NCBI GenBank assembly: GCA_031284605.1
Contig: JAITXV010000114.1
Coordinates: 1-56,754, forward strand
Direction of reading: 5' to 3'
Source: Acholeplasmatales bacterium
GTDB taxonomy: Bacteria; Bacillota_I; Bacilli_A; Acholeplasmatales; Acholeplasmataceae
Length of the DNA stretch: 56,754 nucleotides
Shown one piece after another: positions 48,844 through 56,754 of the stretch (positions within the stretch are counted from its first letter, which is position 1; the number at the start of each line of letters is the position of its first letter). Below the pieces are notes generated by a model that did not search any database, was not told where the DNA came from, and worked only from the letters and a program-made list of their open reading frames with translations. A program made the position numbers and the translations under genes.

Positions 48844-51696
48844 CTATTCTGTTCTAAGTGCAACTGCTGGGTCTTTCTTAGCAGCACTTTGGGCAGGAAT
48901 GAACCCTGATATCATAGATAAAGCTATAGATAAAGCTAACATCAATACTGCATAAAACCAAGGGAATATAGCCATATTACCAACACTAGAGTTAACATGA
49001 CTAATTATTACATTTATAACAAAAGTACCAATATATGTAACAATAATAGCTAATATACCTGAAGCTAAACCAATAATAAATGTTTCTGCATTGAATAAAT
49101 TAGATACATCTCTTTTTCTTCCACCTAAAGATCTAATAGTTCCAATTTCTTTTATTCTTTCTAAGACAGATACAAATGTAATAATTGCTATCATAACACA
49201 AGATACTATTAAAGCTAAAGATGTAAATGCAATTAAAGCGGTTGTTACTATATCTATTAAAGTATTAACCATTCCAATAATTAAACCAATATTATCTTGG
49301 TATTTAATAATACCTGTAGCATTTTGCGAAGACACTCTGTCTTCGTAAGTCCATAACTTATTACTTTTAGTTCCGTCAGGATTAGTACTTAAAAATGTTA
49401 ATGAACCTTCGTTGTTCCATTTATCTAATGATTCAAGAACTTTATCTTTTAAATCAAAGTTAACAGGATAAATAGCTATTGCATTAGGTACTTTTATTCC
49501 TCCACTTTGACGAAGTGTAAAGGTTTTTAAACTAGCACTATCTCCTAACAAACTACCAATAGCACCACCAGTAAAACTATCAAGCATTGATAACATTGTA
49601 TTATATTGACCAACATATCCAGTAATTAGAGCATGATTATATTCAGTACCGATACTAGCTCCCGATGCATCACGAAGTGATACATTGATTTCATATTGAT
49701 AATTAATACCTATTTCTGTAGATAATGAAGTTCCTGGAATATTAATTCTTCCTGAACTAATATTAGTAGCGGGATTCCCTTCTCCATCAACGCTATTTCT
49801 TAAAAATGATGTTAATTCTGAATTAAGATTGTCTTCTAAAAACTTTCTAGTAAAAGCTTCTGTATAATAAAATCCATTTGATAGTGAGCCATAATTAATA
49901 TCATCTTTTGGTTTTAAAATTCCAACTATTTTCATATCAAAACCATTTTCAAATGTTCCAGTATCATTTACATTAAGTTTAAAGCTAGTTGCATCTAAAG
50001 CAGATGGCACGTTAGCTGTATAAATAGAGTTATTAGGATAATATGTAAACACTTTATTTCTTATAAAATCATAACTAATTCTTCTTGAGTAATCGTACAA
50101 ATCTTGATTGTACGCAGCATGTGGAGCACCACTTTCTGTTTTCAAAGTACTATAAATAATATTTTCTACTTCGTTTTGTGAATAAAAACCTAATTGAGCT
50201 AACACCACATCATTTATTTCTTGGCTTTTAGTTAATACTAACATAAGTTCATTTGATTTAGTAGCTACAACGCCATCAAGCAATTCATATTGTTGTAATA
50301 TGTAATTTTCATTAGCAGGAGCTTGTTGGAAGCCATTAGTTTCTGATATCATTAAATTAGAATACTGAGCATAATCTGTTTGGTTCATAACGTGCTGATA
50401 AAGGTCTGCTACTGCAGATAATGCTAATTTTCTAGCGTTATCGCTTGTTAAATCATAAGTTCCATCAACATTAATTTTTTCATGGAAATCTGTAAAAATA
50501 TTGTTAGATACATCAATACCAAAATCTTGATAAACTGCTGCTACATAGTCACTTGGTAAACTCATAATATAATCTACATATTCTTGAGTAATATTATTAT
50601 TAATAGCGCTTCCTGCATAATTTTGAGCCATATATGCTAATCTCTCAATAGTTGAGTTAACATTAACTTTACCGTCTTCGATAACTAATGTTTTTCTTTG
50701 TTCGCTAGGACCCATATTGCCTAGTAAACTTGAGATATCAGAACCTTGTTCATTTATTTGAACTGGATTTCCACTTAACATATCATCTTGCATATTAGTA
50801 ATATAACTTCTAACTCCGTACGATACAGCTAAAACTAATGATACACCGATAATTCCAATACTTGATGCTATAGCCGTTAATATAGTACGACGTTTTTTAG
50901 ATAATAGATTTTTTAAACTTAAAAAGAAAGCAGTGCTAAATGACATTTTAGCTTTTTCTTTTTTAACTTTCTCAGCATCAAAACCATTATCTCTAACTTC
51001 TTTTTCTTCAGCATCTAAAGGATATGGATTAGAATCTTTAAGAATTAAGCCATCTAGCATATCAACTATTCTTGTTGAATATTCTTCTGCTAATTCTCTA
51101 TTGTGAGTAACCATTATTACTAATCTTTCTTTAGCTATTTCTTTAATTATATTCATAATTTGGTTAGAATTTTCAGTATCTAGTGCTCCTGTAGGCTCAT
51201 CTGCTAAAAGTATTTCAGGATCATTAACTAAACTTCTTGCTATAGCAACCCTTTGACATTGACCTCCTGATAACTCAGTAGGTTTTTTAGAGTATTGGTC
51301 ACTAAGTCCTACTTTATCAAGAGCTTCTTTAGCTTTTTTAACTCTAACTTCTTTTTTTAATCCAGATATCGAAAGTGCTAATTCTACATTAGATAATACA
51401 GTTTGATGAGGAATCAAATTGTAACTTTGAAAAATGAAACCAATTCTATGGTTTCTATATACATCCCAATCTCTATCTTTAAATTCTTTAGTAGAAATAC
51501 CACCTATATATAAATCACCAGTAGTATACTTGTCTAAACCACCTATAATATTTAAAAGAGTGGTTTTTCCACATCCTGAAGGACCTAGTATAGATACTAG
51601 TTCATTTTTTCTAAAAGCTAAACTGACACCTTTTAGAGCTTCAACTTTGTAATCTGCAATTTTATAATCTTTTGTAATCTTTTTTAACCTAAGCAT
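48844..51696 (-). CDS. Fused ABC transporter: MacB/LolD-type ATPase plus FtsX-type permease with a very large extracytoplasmic domain
   Basis: 950 aa. Walker A GPSGCGKTT, signature LSGGQCQRVAIARS and Walker B LLADEPTGALD. One TM helix is followed by a ~500-aa extracytoplasmic region and 3 C-terminal TM helices (FtsX). Confidence 0.85.
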   Translation of the reverse strand: MLRLKKITKDYKIADYKVEALKGVSLAFRKNELVSILGPSGCGKTTLLNIIGGLDKYTTGDLYIGGISTKEFKDRDWDVYRNHRIGFIFQSYNLIPHQTVLSNVELALSISGLKKEVRVKKAKEALDKVGLSDQYSKKPTELSGGQCQRVAIARSLVNDPEILLADEPTGALDTENSNQIMNIIKEIAKERLVIMVTHNRELAEEYSTRIVDMLDGLILKDSNPYPLDAEEKEVRDNGFDAEKVKKEKAKMSFSTAFFLSLKNLLSKKRRTILTAIASSIGIIGVSLVLAVSYGVRSYITNMQDDMLSGNPVQINEQGSDISSLLGNMGPSEQRKTLVIEDGKVNVNSTIERLAYMAQNYAGSAINNNITQEYVDYIMSLPSDYVAAVYQDFGIDVSNNIFTDFHEKINVDGTYDLTSDNARKLALSAVADLYQHVMNQTDYAQYSNLMISETNGFQQAPANENYILQQYELLDGVVATKSNELMLVLTKSQEINDVVLAQLGFYSQNEVENIIYSTLKTESGAPHAAYNQDLYDYSRRISYDFIRNKVFTYYPNNSIYTANVPSALDATSFKLNVNDTGTFENGFDMKIVGILKPKDDINYGSLSNGFYYTEAFTRKFLEDNLNSELTSFLRNSVDGEGNPATNISSGRINIPGTSLSTEIGINYQYEINVSLRDASGASIGTEYNHALITGYVGQYNTMLSMLDSFTGGAIGSLLGDSASLKTFTLRQSGGIKVPNAIAIYPVNFDLKDKVLESLDKWNNEGSLTFLSTNPDGTKSNKLWTYEDRVSSQNATGIIKYQDNIGLIIGMVNTLIDIVTTALIAFTSLALIVSCVMIAIITFVSVLERIKEIGTIRSLGGRKRDVSNLFNAETFIIGLASGILAIIVTYIGTFVINVIISHVNSSVGNMAIFPWFYAVLMLALSIALSMISGFIPAQSAAKKDPAVALRTE

Positions 51697-51742
51697 ACAT
51701 TTACCACCAACCTTATATGTAATGTTTTAATTATATAATAAA

Positions 51743-51762
51743 TTTGTTGAGTTGTCAACAAA
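51743..51762. promoter_or_regulatory. Palindrome TTTGTTGA-N4-TCAACAAA in the divergent ABC/msrA control region, a possible operator
   Basis: Perfect 8-bp inverted repeat, 47 nt upstream of the ABC start codon. Confidence 0.3.
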
Positions 51763-51915
51763 AAATACTTTTAATTAATATTTATATTATATACCATTTA
51801 TTAAAAACATTTTAAATAATGCATAATCAAATAAAATGAAAACGTTTGTAATTGCTTATTATTACTTTTAAGTAATAATATTGTTATATAATATATATGA
51901 AAAGAGGTAATTAAT

Positions 51916-52416
51916 ATGGATAAAATTATAATTGCAGGTGGGTGTTTTTGGGGAGTAGAAGCGTATTATAAACAGTTAATAGGAGTTATTAGTACTAAAT
52001 GTGTATATGCAGATGGAAATAAGGCTAATCCGACATACGAAGAACTAAAATCACATAAAGTAACCCATAGCGAGGGTGTAATGATTGAATATGATGTAAA
52101 TTACATAAATCTGTTACAATTACTGAAACATTTTCTAAGATTTGTTGATCCTTTTAGCTTAAACAAACAAGGATCTGACACAGGAATCCAATACAGAAGC
52201 GCAGTTTACCTGTTTACAGAAAATGATTATGAAACTACAGTTATGTTTCTTAAAAGTTATTTTAAAGAAAAATATAATGATGTTAAAATAGAAGTTAAAG
52301 TTAATGTTAACTATTATGACGCAGAAGAATACCATCAAGGCTACTTAGATAAAAACAAAAATGGATATTGTCACATCAATTTTGATGTGATTAAAGATAG
52401 TGAAAAGAAAAGTTAA
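51916..52416 (+). CDS. msrA: Peptide-methionine (S)-S-oxide reductase
   Basis: 166 aa. Active-site GGCFWG at the N-terminus, plus YRSAVY and EEYHQGYL. Confidence 0.92.
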   Translation: MDKIIIAGGCFWGVEAYYKQLIGVISTKCVYADGNKANPTYEELKSHKVTHSEGVMIEYDVNYINLLQLLKHFLRFVDPFSLNKQGSDTGIQYRSAVYLFTENDYETTVMFLKSYFKEKYNDVKIEVKVNVNYYDAEEYHQGYLDKNKNGYCHINFDVIKDSEKKS

Positions 52417-52421
52417 AAATA

Positions 52422-53321
52422 TTACCTAGACATTATTTCAATTATTTTTTTATAAAATTCTAATATATCATTGTAAGTAATTACTTTGTTAGAATTACTA
52501 CTAATTCTTTTTTTAATAAGTTCATACTCTTTAGAAGGTTTTTTAGAGAATATTTTTAATATTCCTTTTTTTGGTTTATTACTAGCAGGAACTATTTTCT
52601 TTAAATGTGAGTACATACTTTTATCTACTGCTACAATTGATTGATAATCATCTCTATTTAGCCTTTTGAATAAATCTCTTATACAAGCTTCCCCATATCC
52701 TAATAAAGAGGGTTTTGAGTTAGCATTAATATCATCCAATACTACTATTTTAATGTATTCTCTTAATACACGGTAACTACTAATACTAGATTCTTTTTTT
52801 AAATAATAAAATAATGGATTATATAATATATATCCTTTTTTTACTATTTCTTTTAAAACATAAGCGTATACTCCACTTTCGTGATTACTATTAGGTTTGA
52901 TTACTAAAGTAACTCCTCTTTTTTTAGCTTCTGCATAGTATTTGTTAAGAACAGTAGTTAATAGTTCTTTTTCTTTAACTACATCGTTAAATAAAGGAAT
53001 ATTGAATGCTAAACAATCAATATTTAGGATTTTCAAATAATCTAAAGTTTTAACAAAAAGAGGAAAAATAGTATTTTCTTTTATAGTATCGTTGATATTA
53101 TACTCTTCTAAAGTTAAATCATAGTAAGCTATTTTAGCTTTACTTTTTTTAATTTGAGAAGAGAATTCTTCTATCTCTTTACTTACAAAACTAAAAAGTT
53201 GTTTAGAACCTATACTTCTTAAAACTAAATATTGTAAACTATTTTGGGATAAACAGTTTAACTGCTCATTTAAAGTTGTATTGTCTTCAAAATCTAAATA
53301 ATAACTACTAAGTATTTTCAT
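52422..53321 (-). CDS. Hypothetical protein (weakly xylose-isomerase-like TIM-barrel-like)
   Basis: 299 aa with no clear motif. An ATGA overlap links it to the upstream methyltransferase gene. Confidence 0.3.
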   Translation of the reverse strand: MKILSSYYLDFEDNTTLNEQLNCLSQNSLQYLVLRSIGSKQLFSFVSKEIEEFSSQIKKSKAKIAYYDLTLEEYNINDTIKENTIFPLFVKTLDYLKILNIDCLAFNIPLFNDVVKEKELLTTVLNKYYAEAKKRGVTLVIKPNSNHESGVYAYVLKEIVKKGYILYNPLFYYLKKESSISSYRVLREYIKIVVLDDINANSKPSLLGYGEACIRDLFKRLNRDDYQSIVAVDKSMYSHLKKIVPASNKPKKGILKIFSKKPSKEYELIKKRISSNSNKVITYNDILEFYKKIIEIMSR

Positions 53322-54028
53322 TTTGGTAAGCCTCCTAAATTAATATAATGCATAATAATGCTACCAGCTACACTTACATTCAAACTTTCAACATAGTTTG
53401 TTTTAATACATACTAAAGAATCACATATTTCTTTTACTTCAGTACTTAATCCTAAACCTTCAGAACCTAATACTAAACATACTTTATTTATAGGAGTAAC
53501 TGCAGTGTTATTGCTATGTGCATCAGCACCAACAATAATATAACCTTCTTTTCTTTTTTCATTCAAATAAGAAACTAAATCGCACCTTGTTAAAGATAAA
53601 TAGAAAATAGCACCTTTTGATACTCTCACTGTTTTTGTGTTATAGTAATCTGCAGTGTTATTATCACACACTATTTTTTCAAAACCAAATGCTGCAGCAC
53701 TCCTTAATAAAGAACCAACGTTAGTTGGGTCTCCAACTCCGTTTAAAACTAATATTTTAGGACAATCTATATTCTTTGTATCTTTTTTTACAATAGCTCC
53801 TCTTGTAAATGAAGTTCCTTCCTGCAAAGAAAGCATTAGTTTATCACTTAAAAATATAGAATCTTCATTTTCACAATTTAGATATTTAACTATTAACTGA
53901 TTTTTTTTAGCTTCTAAAATTAAATCATCACCAAATATCAAATAAAGATTTTTAATATCCCTATATTTTTTTTGATTTAACTTTTGTAAATCTTTATATG
54001 TTTCATTAGAGGCTGAGTTAATTTGCAT
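53318..54028 (-). CDS. TrmH/SpoU-family RNA 2'-O-methyltransferase
   Basis: 236 aa. The SpoU motifs are GVGDPTNVGSLLRSA, LVLGSEGLGLS and ESLNVSVAGSI. Confidence 0.85.
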   Translation of the reverse strand: MQINSASNETYKDLQKLNQKKYRDIKNLYLIFGDDLILEAKKNQLIVKYLNCENEDSIFLSDKLMLSLQEGTSFTRGAIVKKDTKNIDCPKILVLNGVGDPTNVGSLLRSAAAFGFEKIVCDNNTADYYNTKTVRVSKGAIFYLSLTRCDLVSYLNEKRKEGYIIVGADAHSNNTAVTPINKVCLVLGSEGLGLSTEVKEICDSLVCIKTNYVESLNVSVAGSIIMHYINLGGLPK

Positions 54029-55278
54029 TATAATAATCCTTGTTTTCTAAGTTCCTCAAATGCTTCTAGAAAAGTTAATCCATATTCTGAAATTTTAAAA
54101 GAAGTAGAAGGGGTTATAGTTATATGTTTAATATTTCTTAATACATCTGCTATTAAAGTATTGTAATCAAACTTGCTTTCTTCTTCAAGAGAGTTTTTGA
54201 TATCTGGTTTTGTTGCAGGATGGGTAGGTACGTAGATAGAACAACAGTCATTAAAAGGTCTAATAGATATATCATATGTTTTTATATTTCTTGATATTTT
54301 CATAATATCTTGTTTATCATACGTTAACAATGGTCTTAATATAAGCGTATTACTAACAGAAGATATAGTATTCATACTTTGTAATGTCTGACTAGCTACT
54401 TGACCTAATGATTCTCCATTAATAATACATAATATATCATTTTTTATACAATAGACCGAAGCTATTCTATACATCATACGTCTTAAAATAGTAATAATAT
54501 ATGAATCTTTAACATTTTCTAATATAGCACTGTGAAGATTAGAAATAGGAACAATATTAAGTTTAATTTTTTCATTAAATGTATATTTAGATATTACTTT
54601 AGCTAAATCTATAACTTTGTCTATTGATTCAAGAGGGGTAAGTGGACTAGATTCAAAATGAAACAATTCTATATCCATTCCTTGTTTTAATGACAAAAAA
54701 GAACATACTGGTGAATCAATTCCACCTGATAACATAACTAATCCTTTACCAGAACTTTTAGAAGGAAAACCTCCTAATCCTTGGAAAGAATCAAAATAAT
54801 AATAAATAAAATCATTTCTTATTTCATATGTTAAAGTAAGGAGTGGGTTATGAACATCTACATGTAGTTTAGAATTTAAATTACTTAATATAATAGGTGC
54901 TATTGTTCTACTAAACTCTAAACTAGTTAAATAAAACTCTTTATTACTTCTTTTTGATTCTATTTTAAAAGTAGTAGGTTTATCTATTTTTTCTTGTAAT
55001 ACCTTAACTGTATCAGAAGCACAAATATTGATATCTAAACTAGTTTGATAAACTTTACTATATGAATGGATTCCTGGTATCTCTTGTAAAGCATTTACTA
55101 CAAAATCGCTATCCTTTTCATCGTAATGGATAAAAAATCTATCGTGATGTCTCTCTATAGTTGCGCTTGTATTGCGTAACTTGTTATAAATGTTATCATA
55201 TAATAAATTTATAAAAAATTTTATATTTTTTCCTTTTAATACTAACTCACCAAATCTTACTAATATAATATGTTTCAT
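54028..55278 (-). CDS. thiI: tRNA 4-thiouridine(8) synthase ThiI
   Basis: MKHIILVRFGELVLKGKN start, a THUMP region and PP-loop SGGIDSPV. I prefer ATG 55278 over the track start at 55302, because homologues start at this conserved block. Confidence 0.9.
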   Translation of the reverse strand: MKHIILVRFGELVLKGKNIKFFINLLYDNIYNKLRNTSATIERHHDRFFIHYDEKDSDFVVNALQEIPGIHSYSKVYQTSLDINICASDTVKVLQEKIDKPTTFKIESKRSNKEFYLTSLEFSRTIAPIILSNLNSKLHVDVHNPLLTLTYEIRNDFIYYYFDSFQGLGGFPSKSSGKGLVMLSGGIDSPVCSFLSLKQGMDIELFHFESSPLTPLESIDKVIDLAKVISKYTFNEKIKLNIVPISNLHSAILENVKDSYIITILRRMMYRIASVYCIKNDILCIINGESLGQVASQTLQSMNTISSVSNTLILRPLLTYDKQDIMKISRNIKTYDISIRPFNDCCSIYVPTHPATKPDIKNSLEEESKFDYNTLIADVLRNIKHITITPSTSFKISEYGLTFLEAFEELRKQGLL

Positions 55279-55357
55279 ATAATTATTATACAATAAAAGC
55301 ATAAATATTATACAATTGTATGATATTTATGCTTTTATTTCATTTTTTATTATAAAA

Positions 55358-55825
55358 TTAAAAATCTACATAGACAGGCAAAGTACTAACACATATAGAA
55401 TAAATTGTTAAATCATTAGATAAAAATTCTAAAAGTTCTTTTTCTTGATAAAAATCACTTAACTTTTTATAGTAAAATACTAAATCGTTAGAGAAATGAC
55501 TTATACTAATATCATAATATTTTTTAATTGTGTGAGTTTTTAAAAAATAAGAAGATGAAGCAATGTAATATTTTCTTATTTCTTCTCTGTTTCCTGTTTC
55601 TCCTAAGTAATCATTTATAGGAGCGTATCCTAGGTATACAACTGTAACAGCTCTTTGTAAGGAATTAGGGATTGTTTTATCTTGAGAGCCATTTAAAACA
55701 CTATAATCACCTTCATAATATATTTTAGACAAATCGTAATTAGGTATTGTATTAGCATTAAGTGAGGAAATACTAATTGTAATTAAGGTAAAGCTGATAA
55801 TAAGTAAACATAGTAATCTTTTCAT
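55358..55825 (-). CDS. Small secreted protein, unknown function
   Basis: Signal peptide MKRLLCLLIISFTLITISISSLNA. 155 aa. Confidence 0.45.
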   Translation of the reverse strand: MKRLLCLLIISFTLITISISSLNANTIPNYDLSKIYYEGDYSVLNGSQDKTIPNSLQRAVTVVYLGYAPINDYLGETGNREEIRKYYIASSSYFLKTHTIKKYYDISISHFSNDLVFYYKKLSDFYQEKELLEFLSNDLTIYSICVSTLPVYVDF

Positions 55826-55844
55826 TTATTTTTTCTCCTTATTT

Positions 55845-56351
55845 TTAATAATAATATACTGACTTTCCTGAGGTAGGATACAAAGTGTTTTTAATACCTA
55901 GAGATATTTGTGTGATATTTTTGTTGCTTACAGATACAAGAAAATGTGAAGTAATAATATCCATATTTGCTAATCCAACTACTACATCAAAACTACTTGT
56001 AACTAGTAAAATTATTTCATTATTTTTTATTTTATAGCCAGCCACCTCGGGTTTACCATCGGAACTTGAATAAAAATAAACAATATCTAGGACTATATTA
56101 CCCCTATTAAATTCACTTTCAATCAAATTAAAATCATAGTCTTCATAATATTCTATATCTTTTATTTCTTGTAAGTTTGTATATATTTTACCAACAGACA
56201 TATTATATCTAGTATCAAAAGTTCTTAAATTAAATGAATTCTCCTTTTTAACCATTTCATTAGTAGCTAAATTTAAAACAACACTTTTGTTATCACAACC
56301 TAATAAAACAACTGCACTAAACAATAATATTAACAATAAAATCTTTTTCAT
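55845..56351 (-). CDS. Lipoprotein, unknown function
   Basis: Lipobox VLLGC after a hydrophobic signal. 168 aa. SD AAGGAG lies upstream. Confidence 0.5.
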   Translation of the reverse strand: MKKILLLILLFSAVVLLGCDNKSVVLNLATNEMVKKENSFNLRTFDTRYNMSVGKIYTNLQEIKDIEYYEDYDFNLIESEFNRGNIVLDIVYFYSSSDGKPEVAGYKIKNNEIILLVTSSFDVVVGLANMDIITSHFLVSVSNKNITQISLGIKNTLYPTSGKSVYYY

Positions 56352-56754
56352 AGTAACTCCTTTTTATATATTTCATATATTATAATTATATATTTATAAA
56401 GTAGTATTAGTCAACCATTTTTTGATAAGTTGCATATTAGGAGTATGAAATACATATTTTTAAAATAAATTATAAATTTTGTTTTAGTAATAATTGTATA
56501 CTTGTAGTTTTTACTAGTCAAATAAAATATCTTAGATAAGTAAAAAATATAAACAAAAAAAGTGCTGTTTTTTTACAATCAATTATATATAAAGAAATGC
56601 TAGTAAAATCAAAATGGTAACTATTCACCATTAAAAAAGTAACTTCTAATAGTTACAATCATAAAAATACTGGTTGGTTTTTGCTAGTCGGTTATGAATC
56701 TATCATTTAGTCTTTTTTGTTGGAGGTTTAGGAAGGAGTTGAGTGAATGTTCTG

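Noticed and set aside
55279-55302. The track start (MLLLYNNY) for thiI.
   Set aside because: ThiI homologues begin at the conserved ...ILVRFGE.xLKGKN block. The 8 extra codons have no SD and overlap a TATAAT box.
56747-56754. A new CDS starting at ATG 56747 after GGAAGGAG.
   Set aside because: Only 8 nt are visible, so this cannot be evaluated. It is mentioned only as context for the right-edge non-coding region.

Overview
This is a 56.7-kb, very AT-rich (about 25% GC by eye), densely coding bacterial chromosome segment. It uses the standard code: TGA ends ORFs at natural C-termini and in ATGA overlaps, and Trp is TGG. Gene content fits a low-GC Bacillota/Mycoplasmatota-type organism (Acholeplasma/Erysipelotrichia-like), but the taxon cannot be fixed from the sequence alone. 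Housekeeping genes are rimO (partial), coaD, rnj, uvrC, smpB, pepT, uvrB, a cold-shock protein, cvfB, an archaeal-type proS, msrA, a TrmH-family methyltransferase, thiI, tRNA-Cys(GCA) and tRNA-Thr(GGU). A complete Enterococcus-hirae-type V-ATPase (ntp) operon lies on the minus strand in the order G/H-like, I, K, E, C, F, A, B, D. Its K subunit keeps the Na+-site residues, and its D subunit carries a single in-frame TAA. Two accessory loci look most worth follow-up. (1) A 1577-aa SF1/Upf1-like helicase (DUF4011-like N-terminus, REase-like and DUF3320-like C-terminus) is translationally coupled to a Fic enzyme whose inhibitory-helix Glu is replaced by Lys. The pair sits beside tRNA-Thr and is a candidate two-gene defence or abortive-infection module. 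(2) A four-gene TasA/camelysin-like fibre operon encodes an active SipW-type signal peptidase, a 7-bladed RCC1 propeller with a SipW-type signal, and a second SipW-like paralogue lacking the catalytic His. A T9 tract sits in its putative promoter spacer. Other oddities are a patatin-GNAT fusion in the smpB-uvrC operon, a membrane protein fused to a catalytically dead HAD domain, and a DUF4143-type ATPase with substituted Walker A Lys and Walker B Glu. There is also an internally duplicated membrane protein preceded by a micro-ORF and a (TAA)8 microsatellite. I saw no CRISPR array, rRNA, transposase or integrase.
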